Of a stretch of 64,000 nucleotides of DNA, positions 27,409 through 35,848 are shown one piece after another. The translations under genes and the position numbers were made by a program. Source of the DNA: Eubacteriales bacterium (lineage in GTDB: Bacteria > Bacillota > Clostridia > Oscillospirales > CAG-382); the NCBI GenBank assembly GCA_045636285.1, contig JAZTXJ010000093.1, positions 1,127 to 65,126 on the forward strand. Reading direction: 5' to 3'. Numbering within the stretch: position 1 is the stretch's first letter; the number at the start of each line of letters is the position of its first letter. Under the pieces are notes generated by a model that saw only the letters and a program-made list of their open reading frames with translations, made no database searches and was not told the DNA's origin.

Positions 27409-28629
27409 ATGGATAAGGCAACATTCGCATCCTACCGCAAATTTTATAACGATCAGCTTATGAAGGACTGTATCCCCTTCTGGATGAACAGCGACCTTCT
27501 CGACAAAGAAAACGGCGGCTATATCACAAGCGTAGACCGCGAAGGAAAGGCGTACAACTCCGATAAATCCGGCTGGTTCCAGGGCAGATGTCTTTGGACC
27601 TTCTCGCATCTTTGCAATCTTTACGGCATCCGTCCCGAATGGGAAGAAGCTGCAAAGCTCGGTAAGGACTTCATCGATAAATACATCGCAGACGAAGACG
27701 GAAGAATGTATTTCACTCTCACCAAGGAAGGTCTTCCTTTGAGAAAGCGCCGTTACTTCTTCACCGAAAGCTTCTACGTTCTTTCTATGGCTGAGTATTC
27801 CATTATGTCGGGCGACAAGGAAGCATTGAGAAAAGCAGAAGAATGCTTCGAAATGATGCTTTCCATCTTCCGCGACGGCAGCACCGATCCTTATAAGATC
27901 ACTCCCAAGGGAATCGCTTCTACAAGAGAAGACCGTGCTGTTTCCTATCCTATGGTTCTTATCAGCAGTGCTCAGACTCTTCGCCGCGCAGATCCCGAAA
28001 AGGCTGAATATTACACCGCTGTTGCTCAGGAAATGGCTGATATTATCATCAACATCCACTACAAGCCCGAGCTCGGATGCGTTCTTGAAACAGTTGGCCC
28101 CAACGGCGAATTTATCGATAACCCCGCAGGCAGAACCATCAACCCCGGTCACTCTATGGAAAACAGCTGGTTCCTTATGAATCAGGCAATCTACACCGGC
28201 GATAAGAAGCTCCTCGAAAACGCTCTTAAGATTCTTGACGTTTCTCTCGAATGGGGCTGGGATAAGGAATACGGCGGATTTATCTACTTTACCGACGTAA
28301 GCGGACGTCCCTGCGAACAGCTCGAACACGATATGAAGCTTTGGTGGGTACACAACGAAGCTTGTATCGCTACCCTTCTCGCATACAGCATTACCGGCGA
28401 CGAAAAATACTGGAAATGGTTCGAAAAAGCTCATTTCTATGCATTCGGTCACTTTGCAGATAAAGAATACGGCGAATGGTACGGCTATCTCCACAAGGAC
28501 GGCACCGTTTCTCACACCCAGAAGGGTTCTATGTGGAAGGGTCCCTTCCATCACCCCCGCTTCCTTATGTGCTGTGAATACATTTTCGCCTGCTTGGAAG
28601 AAGGTAGACCTGTCGAAACTCTTCTCTAA
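27409..28629 (+). CDS. AGE-family epimerase/isomerase (N-acylglucosamine 2-epimerase / cellobiose 2-epimerase family)
   Basis: 406 aa with alpha/alpha-barrel repeat signatures: 'GGYITSVDREGK', 'GRCLWTFS', 'INPGHSMENSWFLM', 'WWVHNEA', 'PFHHPR'. Confidence 0.8.
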   Translation: MDKATFASYRKFYNDQLMKDCIPFWMNSDLLDKENGGYITSVDREGKAYNSDKSGWFQGRCLWTFSHLCNLYGIRPEWEEAAKLGKDFIDKYIADEDGRMYFTLTKEGLPLRKRRYFFTESFYVLSMAEYSIMSGDKEALRKAEECFEMMLSIFRDGSTDPYKITPKGIASTREDRAVSYPMVLISSAQTLRRADPEKAEYYTAVAQEMADIIINIHYKPELGCVLETVGPNGEFIDNPAGRTINPGHSMENSWFLMNQAIYTGDKKLLENALKILDVSLEWGWDKEYGGFIYFTDVSGRPCEQLEHDMKLWWVHNEACIATLLAYSITGDEKYWKWFEKAHFYAFGHFADKEYGEWYGYLHKDGTVSHTQKGSMWKGPFHHPRFLMCCEYIFACLEEGRPVETLL

Positions 28630-28649
28630 TATTGCTCTCGGTGATATTT

Positions 28650-30869
28650 ATGAAGAAAATTGCTTTAGTTTTATGTTTTGTGTTGTTGTTGCCTATATTC
28701 TGTATATACGCAACAGCCGCAGATTACGGCACCGCAACACAAAAGCTTATCGTTACACACATAAACGAAAACTATTCCTTGCTTGAAGGTACGGGTGTAA
28801 TTTACTCGACCTCTTCAAACGGAACCATATCCTCGTACGGCTCGTTCGACTGGTGGTACGTTGTCGTATTTGAATGGAACTCAAGCGATAAATGCTTCGA
28901 AGTCAAAAGCGTCAATACCGCTATGGGATCTTCGAAGGCGGATACCGTGATCCCCGAAAACGGTTTTGTATACTGCTGTAACACGGGTAACGACTACCCT
29001 GCTTTAGGTGTTCCCTCGAAGCCCAATTATGTTACAAAAGCAGTGTCCGATTCCTGCACACTCGCAACATCGCTCAAAAAGGGTGACAAGGCATATCTTT
29101 ATAATACCGACCTTTTAAATGCCATTGTGAAGAACAACGGCAAGGAATGGTACAAGGACGGCTATTCAAGCGAATCCTTTATAAAGATAGGTACCCCCGA
29201 AAAGAATTTGACAGCGTATGACCCGACCAACGCTTCGGAAAAAGCTCCCGAATACAGCTTTGGTATAAACGCAATCAATTCATCTGTTGCGGAAGGTCAA
29301 TCGATGATTCTTACTCCCGCATTCGGTAAAACCGTTACCGCAAAAGGCGGCGGTTACGATTGGAGCAGAATTGCAATCTTCGATTGGAGTGCCGAAGACG
29401 GTGCGTATGTTCTGAAGTATTACGACACAGCTGTCGGCACCGGCTCCAACAAAGAAGCAGTAATCCCTCCCAACGGCTTTGCGCTTTCCGTAAACACCGG
29501 CAACGACTACCCTGCTCTCGGTCAAGCTGGAAAGCCCAATTATCAGAATCCTGTTGCTAACAACACCTATAATAACCTTGCAAACATTCCTGTCGGAACA
29601 AAGGTATATCTCGTTGGCATAGATCTTGCAAAGGGCACCTTCGAATACGAAGGAAACCTTTCGAAATACTATTCCTCCGATGATTTTACCACCAAAGCGT
29701 TTATTAAGGTTTGCGAAGAAAAGCCCGAAAACTGTTATGAGCCGAAAATAAACGAACAGCTTTCTTCCCCCGAATTCAAAACAACCGAAACCATATATAC
29801 AAAGGGTGACGTTACTCTTGAATGGGAAGCTGTTGAAGGCGCAGACGGATATTATATAAGCGTAACCAATACCACCGCAACAATAAGCGGCTCCGCCGTA
29901 TATTCGGCAGAAACCTCCGAAACAAAAATAACCGTTTCCGCTTCGAACCTCAGCATAGGCACCTGCCTTACGGCAAGAATCTACGCAAAGGGCGCAAAAT
30001 CCTCGTCGGAAATTTCCGAATTCACCTTCAGAATCGTCAGCGAACGAGCATTGAACAGTGTTCTCAAGGACAAAACCATCGTAGCGTTCGGCGATAGTAT
30101 TACTGCCGCTGCAGGCGGTTGGGTTTCGATGCTTTACGGCGAATTCGGAGGCGAAGTAATAAACGCAGGCGTAGGCGGCAACGTTACCGCACAGGCGCTT
30201 GAAAGAATCGAAAGCGACGTAATCGCAAAAAATCCCGACCTTGTAATTATCAACTTCGGTATGAACGATCAGGCTTTCCAGGAAAGCTCGAACAAGAATC
30301 TTACCCCTATCGATAAATACGAGGAAAATTACCGTAATATTATCGAGCAGATCAAAGCAACCGGTTCGGACATCATACTCGTTGCAGTTCACGACGTTAA
30401 CCCGAAATATCACACTCACAGCGGCTTGAACTACTGCGGTTCCGAAACGCTTGAAGACGGAAGCACCAAAACCTATATCGATAAATACAACGAGGTTGTG
30501 AAAAAGCTTGCCGAAGAATACAAGCTTGGCTTTATCGATATAAATTCGCTTGCACAGAACGATCTCGATAATATCACCATTGCTGCGGACGGCATTCACC
30601 TTTCCGCACACGGACAACAAAAATACGCAGAATGGATCGCGGATTATTGCTATAAATTCTATGAAGAAAACGCAAACAATACCGAATCCGAAACCACCAC
30701 AGAAAACAACGCCGAATCGGAAAGCTCTGTTGCTGACGAAGAATCGGTCGCCAACACCGTAAACACAAACGAATCTTCGTGGCAGATGGTTGTTACCATT
30801 TGCGTAATGTTTGTCGGCGTATCGTTCTTCGGAATACTCTTTATTAAAACGATAAAGAAGAACAAATAA
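28650..30869 (+). CDS. Secreted, C-terminally membrane-anchored multidomain SGNH/GDSL hydrolase
   Basis: Signal peptide 'MKKIALVLCFVLLLPIF', two copies of an unknown ~170-aa domain, an FN3-like segment, SGNH blocks 'VAFGDSIT', 'GVGGN', 'NFGMNDQ', 'DGIHLS', an acidic linker and a terminal TM plus 'KTIKKNK'. The start is set at ATG 28650. Confidence 0.8.
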   Translation: MKKIALVLCFVLLLPIFCIYATAADYGTATQKLIVTHINENYSLLEGTGVIYSTSSNGTISSYGSFDWWYVVVFEWNSSDKCFEVKSVNTAMGSSKADTVIPENGFVYCCNTGNDYPALGVPSKPNYVTKAVSDSCTLATSLKKGDKAYLYNTDLLNAIVKNNGKEWYKDGYSSESFIKIGTPEKNLTAYDPTNASEKAPEYSFGINAINSSVAEGQSMILTPAFGKTVTAKGGGYDWSRIAIFDWSAEDGAYVLKYYDTAVGTGSNKEAVIPPNGFALSVNTGNDYPALGQAGKPNYQNPVANNTYNNLANIPVGTKVYLVGIDLAKGTFEYEGNLSKYYSSDDFTTKAFIKVCEEKPENCYEPKINEQLSSPEFKTTETIYTKGDVTLEWEAVEGADGYYISVTNTTATISGSAVYSAETSETKITVSASNLSIGTCLTARIYAKGAKSSSEISEFTFRIVSERALNSVLKDKTIVAFGDSITAAAGGWVSMLYGEFGGEVINAGVGGNVTAQALERIESDVIAKNPDLVIINFGMNDQAFQESSNKNLTPIDKYEENYRNIIEQIKATGSDIILVAVHDVNPKYHTHSGLNYCGSETLEDGSTKTYIDKYNEVVKKLAEEYKLGFIDINSLAQNDLDNITIAADGIHLSAHGQQKYAEWIADYCYKFYEENANNTESETTTENNAESESSVADEESVANTVNTNESSWQMVVTICVMFVGVSFFGILFIKTIKKNK

Positions 30870-30901
30870 CTAAAGAACGAAATTCTTTCATTTTCGTTAT
30901 C

Positions 30902-30935
30902 AACCGCCCTTTGCTTGAGCATTGGGCGGTTTTTA
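30902..30935 (+). terminator. Intrinsic terminator
   Basis: AACCGCCC...GGGCGGTT followed by TTTT. Confidence 0.7.
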
Positions 30936-31000
30936 TATGTTTTTAATAAAAAAACGCTGTAATATCGGCATAAATAAGCTATATTTTTATTGAAAACATA

Positions 31001-31029
31001 TTGATTTTTAGCTTAATTCGTGGTAAAAT
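31001..31029 (+). promoter_or_regulatory. Sigma-70 promoter (extended -10) for rpsB-tsf
   Basis: TTGATT (31001-31006), 17 nt ending in TGG, TAAAAT (31024-31029). This predicts a leader of about 120 nt. Confidence 0.6.
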
Positions 31030-31154
31030 ACATAGGATTTTGCGAAAGGCAAAAATACACACACCGTATATGCCTTGCCGGGGTGCACCGTTTGGTGTTA
31101 TTGGGCGGGTAAATTCAAAATGCGGTGGCGGGTAAAAACCCGAAGGAGAAAAAC

Positions 31155-31886
31155 ATGGCAGTAGTATCCATGAAGCAGCTTCTCGAAGCAGGTGTACATT
31201 TCGGTCACCAGACGAGAAGATGGAACCCGAAGATGGCTGAATACATCTTCACCGAGAGAAACGGCATCTACATCATCGACCTTCAGAAAACCGTTAAGAA
31301 GATCGAAGAAGCTTATCTCTTCATTCGCGACATCGCTGCAGAAGGCGGCAACATCCTCTTTGTCGGCACCAAGAAGCAGGCACAGGATGCAATCAAGGAA
31401 GAAGCACTCCGTTCCGAAATGTACTATGTAAACGTACGTTGGCTCGGCGGTATGCTCACCAACTTCAAAACCATCAAGAAGTCCATTCAGAAGCTTCACA
31501 ACCTCAACAAAATGGCAGAAGACGGCACCTTCGATCTTCTTCCCAAGAAGGAAGTTGCAGCTCTTCAGAAGGAAATGAACGACCTCGAAAAGAACCTTGG
31601 CGGTATCAAGGATATGAAGGGTCTTCCCTCTGCAATTTTCATTGTTGACCCCAAGAAGGAAAAGAACGCTGTTGACGAAGCAAGAAAGCTCGGCATTCCC
31701 GTTGTAGCTATCGTTGATACCAACTGCGATCCCGATGAAGTTGACTACGTTATCCCCGGTAACGATGACGCTATCCGCGCTATCAAGCTTATTGCCGGCA
31801 CTCTCGCAGACGCTATCATCGAAGGCAAGCAGGGCGAACAGCTTACCGACTCCTCTGAAAACGCAGAAGAATCCGCTGCTGAATAA
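31155..31886 (+). CDS. rpsB: 30S ribosomal protein S2
   Basis: '[22 protein letters not shown]'. The start is at ATG 31155 (AAGGAGA RBS); the ORF-track start at 31125 is upstream of the RBS. Confidence 0.97.
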   Translation: MAVVSMKQLLEAGVHFGHQTRRWNPKMAEYIFTERNGIYIIDLQKTVKKIEEAYLFIRDIAAEGGNILFVGTKKQAQDAIKEEALRSEMYYVNVRWLGGMLTNFKTIKKSIQKLHNLNKMAEDGTFDLLPKKEVAALQKEMNDLEKNLGGIKDMKGLPSAIFIVDPKKEKNAVDEARKLGIPVVAIVDTNCDPDEVDYVIPGNDDAIRAIKLIAGTLADAIIEGKQGEQLTDSSENAEESAAE

Positions 31887-31920
31887 TTGTTTATTAACTA
31901 AAATTTAGGAGGAAAATAAA

Positions 31921-32844
31921 ATGGCAAATATTTCCGCAAAAGACGTAATGGAGCTCCGCAAGAAGACCGGTTGCGGTATGATGGAGTGCAAAAAGGCACT
32001 TGTTGAAACCGACGGCAACTTCGACGAAGCTATTAAGTATCTCCGCGAAAAGGGCCTCTCTGTTGCAGCTAAGAAGGCTGACAGAATCGCAGCTGAAGGC
32101 GTTGTTGACATCCTCACCGAAAACGGCGTTACCGCTATTATCGAAGTTAACGCTGAAACCGACTTCGTTGCAAAGAACGCTTCCTTCCAGGAATTCGTTA
32201 AGGGCATCCTCAGAACTATCGTTGCAAACAAGCCCGCTGATCTCGCAGCACTCAACGCTCTTAATTTCGACGGCACCGAAGTTACCGTTGAAGCAGAGCT
32301 CAAGAATATGATCTTCACCATCGGTGAAAACATGAGCATCCGCCGTTTCGATATCATCGAAGGCACCACCGGCTGCTATATCCACGGCGGCGGTAGCGCA
32401 GGCGTTGTTACCAAGTTCGAAACCGACGTTGACACTGCAAGCGCAACCTTCGTTGAATACGCAAAGAACGTTTGCATGCAGATCGCTGCAATGAGCCCCA
32501 GCTACGTTGACAGAGATACCGTTCCCGCTTCTGTTATCGAAAACGAAAAGGCTATTCTTCTCAGCCAGATCGAAAACGACGAAAACCTCGCTAAGAAGCC
32601 CGATGCAGTTAAAGAAAAGATGGTTATCGGTAGAATCAGCAAGTTCTACGACAACAACTGCTTGGTTGACCAGGAATACGTTAAGGATAGCGATCTTACC
32701 GTTGGTAAGTACACTGAAAACGTTGCTAAGGAACTTGGCGGCAGCATCAAGATTGTATCTTTCATCAAGTATGAAAGAGGCGAAGGTATCGAAAAGAAAG
32801 AAGACAACTTCGCAGAAGAAATCAACAAGCTCGTTAACGGCTAA
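31921..32844 (+). CDS. tsf: Elongation factor Ts
   Basis: 'VMELRKKTGCGMMECKKALVETDGNFDEAIKYLREKG' (UBA-like N-terminus). The rpsB-tsf synteny is conserved. Confidence 0.97.
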   Translation: MANISAKDVMELRKKTGCGMMECKKALVETDGNFDEAIKYLREKGLSVAAKKADRIAAEGVVDILTENGVTAIIEVNAETDFVAKNASFQEFVKGILRTIVANKPADLAALNALNFDGTEVTVEAELKNMIFTIGENMSIRRFDIIEGTTGCYIHGGGSAGVVTKFETDVDTASATFVEYAKNVCMQIAAMSPSYVDRDTVPASVIENEKAILLSQIENDENLAKKPDAVKEKMVIGRISKFYDNNCLVDQEYVKDSDLTVGKYTENVAKELGGSIKIVSFIKYERGEGIEKKEDNFAEEINKLVNG

Positions 32845-32856
32845 TATCCAAATACA

Positions 32857-32887
32857 ACAGCCCGATATTTTTCGGGCTGTTTTTTTG
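32857..32887 (+). terminator. Intrinsic terminator after tsf
   Basis: ACAGCCCGA...TCGGGCTGT followed by TTTTTT. Confidence 0.85.
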
Positions 32888-33016
32888 CGCTTTGATTCAC
32901 TTCCCTCTTTTAATCAAAGAGTTTTGAAATTCACAATCGCTCCGCTTGACAGATTTTAAAAAATATAATAAAATGTATTTTAGAAATTATTAATGAATTG
33001 CTTAACGGAGTTATAT

Positions 33017-33214
33017 ATGAAGATAAGATATAACGAAAACACCGAAATAGTAAATATAGTTAAGCAAGGGCTTGAAAAGAGCGGCGGTTATTGCCCCTGC
33101 CGCAGAGAGAAGAGCGAAGATAACAAGTGCATTTGCAAGGAATTCAGAGAGCAGATCAAGGACCCCAATTTCGAAGGATATTGTCACTGTATGCTCTATT
33201 ACAAAGAGGCGTAG
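33017..33214 (+). CDS. Small Cys-rich protein resembling the ferredoxin:thioredoxin reductase catalytic subunit
   Basis: 65 aa. 'GGYCPCRREKSEDNKCICKEFREQIKDPNFEGYCHCMLY' has a CPC / CxC / CHC six-cysteine pattern. GGAG RBS before ATG 33017. Confidence 0.6.
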   Translation: MKIRYNENTEIVNIVKQGLEKSGGYCPCRREKSEDNKCICKEFREQIKDPNFEGYCHCMLYYKEA

Positions 33215-33215
33215 T

Positions 33216-33602
33216 ATGCTTTTCGGCAAAGACGGACCCAAACGTGCTAAACCTTTAAAAATAAATGCATGGAACTTTGATGATTACGTTCTGCCGTCCG
33301 AGCTTCCCGCATTGGTGGCTTTCGGCGCCGATTGGTTAATCGATAGCTTGCGTCTGTGCAGCTGTCTTGAATGGTACTGCCATCGGTTCGACGGTAAAAT
33401 GATAGTCGCGTTTGCAGATATTGACTACGTACCGGAGCTATTTTATCGTTACAACGTCACCGAATTCCCTACGTTGATCATTTTCGAAGACGGTAAGGAA
33501 TTCGCAAGGCTCGAAGGATTCAAGCATCACCAGCAGATCGATGATTTAATATTTAAATTCTACGGATACCTTCCTTACGATCCCAAAGCAAAAAGGATGT
33601 AA
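33216..33602 (+). CDS. Thioredoxin-fold protein lacking the canonical CXXC
   Basis: 'LVAFGADWLIDSL...VAFADIDYVPELFYRYNVTEFPTLIIFEDGKEF' aligns with the thioredoxin beta-alpha-beta core, but WCGPC is replaced by 'WLIDS'. The ATG lies 1 nt after the upstream TAG. The ORF-track start at 33072 overlaps the previous gene. Confidence 0.6.
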   Translation: MLFGKDGPKRAKPLKINAWNFDDYVLPSELPALVAFGADWLIDSLRLCSCLEWYCHRFDGKMIVAFADIDYVPELFYRYNVTEFPTLIIFEDGKEFARLEGFKHHQQIDDLIFKFYGYLPYDPKAKRM

Positions 33603-33616
33603 ATACATTTTTGCTA

Positions 33617-33645
33617 TTGACAAAACTTCTTTTTTGTTATACAAT
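33617..33645 (+). promoter_or_regulatory. Sigma-70 promoter for tRNA-Leu
   Basis: TTGACA (33617-33622), 17 nt, TACAAT (33640-33645). Confidence 0.7.
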
Positions 33646-33670
33646 ATCCTTCGGTTGCGAAACCGAATAA

Positions 33671-33757
33671 GCGGATGTGGCGGAATCGGCAGACGCGCTA
33701 GATTCAGGTTCTAGTGGTAGCAATACCGTGTGGGTTCAAGTCCCTTCATCCGCACCA
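33671..33757 (+). tRNA. tRNA-Leu (anticodon CAG), class II with a long variable arm and encoded CCA
   Basis: Acceptor GCGGATG/CATCCGC, anticodon stem CTAGA/TCTAG with loop TTCAGGT, variable arm TGGTAGCAATACCGT, T-arm GGGTTCAAGTCCC, 3' ACCA. Confidence 0.9.
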
Positions 33758-33760
33758 ATA

Positions 33761-33795
33761 AAACGGCAAGTTCAATAACTTGCCGTTTTTATTTT
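33761..33795 (+). terminator. Intrinsic terminator after the tRNA
   Basis: AAACGGCAAGTT...AACTTGCCGTTT followed by a T-run. Confidence 0.85.
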
Positions 33796-33863
33796 ATGTT
33801 TTTTCCTTTGGTATATTAGCCGGTAAAATAAAAGCCGAGCTTTTTAAGCCCGACTTTTTATTA

Positions 33864-34679
33864 TCACTCTTCGATTGCTATCAGAATCAATCGTGCTTCC
33901 CTATTATCTCCGCCCTGGCAGGTAGATAGTGTTAATATCTGTTTATCTTGTGTAGGAACAACGTCAGATTTATGCACCGCACGAGTCAAAATACGTTCGA
34001 ACTGTGCTTCGAAATTCTTTGTATTTTCGGTATCCAAGAAGCTATACCATTTATCTGTTGATTTTACTTCGCACATTGCAAACACTCTGTATTTTTTACA
34101 GCCTTGAAGCGTTTCGTATTCTATAATCGGGTGCGAATCGAAAAATTCTTTATCGCGGTATTTTTTGATTGCCGCGAACATCGAGCCGTTTTTCATATGG
34201 TGGCCGTAAATTATAACGTGGTTGCTATAAGGAGTACAGTCACCTTCAATAAACGGAACACCGTAAGAGCTCGATTTAAGATCAAAGCTTTTATCGATAT
34301 ATTTATGGGGCTCATTCGGAGTATACATAACGGGATAATTCACCTGCGTATCCTCGATATATATCCAACCGACACAATCGCCGTTCTTTTCGATAACCGG
34401 AGCAAGATTTCTCTTATGATAAACCTTCGGCTTTTCGGGCTTGCCGACCTCGCCCGTGCCCGATTGTTCGTCATAATCACTTTCGTTACCCAAATATTCG
34501 CTATCTTCTTCGGGCTCCTCGATTATTTCTGTCATTAAAATAAGATCTGCGAGCTCGTCAAACGTTTCGTCATCGCGCTCTCTTTGCATAAGCTCGGTAA
34601 AAAGCATAACACCGCTATATATAAAAACGCTGCAAAACAAAACCATTAAAATTATAAAAATCGGTTTTCTGTTTTTCAT
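33864..34679 (-). CDS. Class B sortase
   Basis: N-terminal TM, 'CVGWIYIEDTQVNYPVMY', 'VIIYGHHMKNGSMFAAI', catalytic 'LTLSTC', and a downstream Arg ('REARLIL'). Confidence 0.85.
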   Translation of the reverse strand: MKNRKPIFIILMVLFCSVFIYSGVMLFTELMQRERDDETFDELADLILMTEIIEEPEEDSEYLGNESDYDEQSGTGEVGKPEKPKVYHKRNLAPVIEKNGDCVGWIYIEDTQVNYPVMYTPNEPHKYIDKSFDLKSSSYGVPFIEGDCTPYSNHVIIYGHHMKNGSMFAAIKKYRDKEFFDSHPIIEYETLQGCKKYRVFAMCEVKSTDKWYSFLDTENTKNFEAQFERILTRAVHKSDVVPTQDKQILTLSTCQGGDNREARLILIAIEE

Positions 34680-34700
34680 AAAAACCTCGAATCCATTTTA

Positions 34701-35129
34701 TTAATAACCGCGCATATCAAGTCCGGAGCAAGGAGCTTTCTTAAAATACTCTACAATATAGTAATTCTGTGATTTATCAAATTCTGCGTTTTCGAATTTA
34801 ATGCCCACGAAAGACATAGTACTTGTTTGTATTTCCGCGCTATCAACCTTCGTAATAACCGTTGCATCGTTCAAATATTCTTCGAATTTATCCTCTTTGA
34901 GTGCGGTTTTAACGAGCACACAAACATATATATCGGTACGGTTTCCCGTGCCTGCGGTGTTGCCGCAGAATGAATATATTTGTTCTACCGTTGTGTTTTC
35001 GATAACGGAAATTTTGTTTTCGATATTATTTTCAAAATTCGTCGCAGAGATATTGTCGATTAAATACGGCGAAGCGAGAAGCAAAACGAGCATTATTGCG
35101 ACCGCAACTAAGATTATATATCTTTTCAT
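34701..35129 (-). CDS. Hypothetical small membrane-anchored or secreted protein
   Basis: 142 aa with an N-terminal hydrophobic segment 'YIILVAVAIMLVLLLA'. No recognised motif. Confidence 0.55.
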   Translation of the reverse strand: MKRYIILVAVAIMLVLLLASPYLIDNISATNFENNIENKISVIENTTVEQIYSFCGNTAGTGNRTDIYVCVLVKTALKEDKFEEYLNDATVITKVDSAEIQTSTMSFVGIKFENAEFDKSQNYYIVEYFKKAPCSGLDMRGY

Positions 35130-35168
35130 AACAGTTCCTAATTTAAATTTTTATTCGAAAGTCAGTCT

Positions 35169-35741
35169 TTATTCTGCTGCTAGTGAATCAAAAATATAAC
35201 ACAAACATTCGTCAACCGAATCCCAAGTAGCGGTGACAGCAAGTTGATTGGAGCTCTGCTCTACCGCAAATACCTTTAAATTATCGGTATCGACAAACAA
35301 ATCAAACCTTTCTACGTTGCCGAGAGCATAATAAGAACCGAATTTCAGCCAACTATCAGGAGTACCGTCAGGTCTGCTTAAATCCTCTATACGTATATCA
35401 AACGGTTCTATATGGTTTCGATCAAAAGTGAGCGGTATACCGTAAATAGAAAAACGGCAAAAAGGAATACGAATATTCTTTTTTCCGACATACCTTACTG
35501 TCCAGAACAAATCCGCGCCGTTAAATGCTTTATATAACTCAAGGAGTTCAGCAGGAAAGCTTCGTTTATATTCATTTATCAAATTCTGTATAATTTCATC
35601 ACTCATGGTGTTAAAAAGTATATGTGTTGCCAACGGCGGCGACGGTTCACAAACACCAAACAACAACGCATTATCTTTAGTTGAGCACAAATTATGATCA
35701 TAGGAAAGACGCAAAGCATCGATCTTATTCAAGAATTTCAT
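35169..35741 (-). CDS. SMI1/KNR4 (SUKH-1) family protein
   Basis: 'FPAELLELYKAFNGADLF' is the typical SMI1_KNR4 core. 190 aa. Confidence 0.7.
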   Translation of the reverse strand: MKFLNKIDALRLSYDHNLCSTKDNALLFGVCEPSPPLATHILFNTMSDEIIQNLINEYKRSFPAELLELYKAFNGADLFWTVRYVGKKNIRIPFCRFSIYGIPLTFDRNHIEPFDIRIEDLSRPDGTPDSWLKFGSYYALGNVERFDLFVDTDNLKVFAVEQSSNQLAVTATWDSVDECLCYIFDSLAAE

Positions 35742-35807
35742 ATTTTGTCTGTTTTCTCCCTTATATTAATTTTTTTATATTTTATCATAAAATTATGAAC
35801 ATTTCAA

Positions 35808-35845
35808 TACAAATAACGGTCGGTGCACAAAACACCGACCGTTTA
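35808..35845 (-). terminator. Intrinsic terminator after trpB
   Basis: On the minus strand: AACGGTCGGTG...CACCGACCGTT followed by a T-rich run. Confidence 0.75.
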
Positions 35846-35848
35846 ATT

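Noticed and set aside
27343-28554. A 403-aa minus-strand ORF opposite the AGE epimerase gene.
   Set aside because: It is a shadow ORF. It begins inside the plus-strand promoter region, and the plus-strand product has clear family motifs.
29280-30620. A 446-aa minus-strand ORF opposite the SGNH gene.
   Set aside because: It is a shadow ORF. The sense strand shows a signal peptide, duplicated domain and SGNH blocks.
33072-33215. A 48-codon N-terminal extension of the thioredoxin-like ORF, overlapping the FTR-like gene in another frame.
   Set aside because: ATG 33216, directly after the upstream stop, gives a normal-sized thioredoxin fold. The extension has no homology and would need a long out-of-frame overlap.
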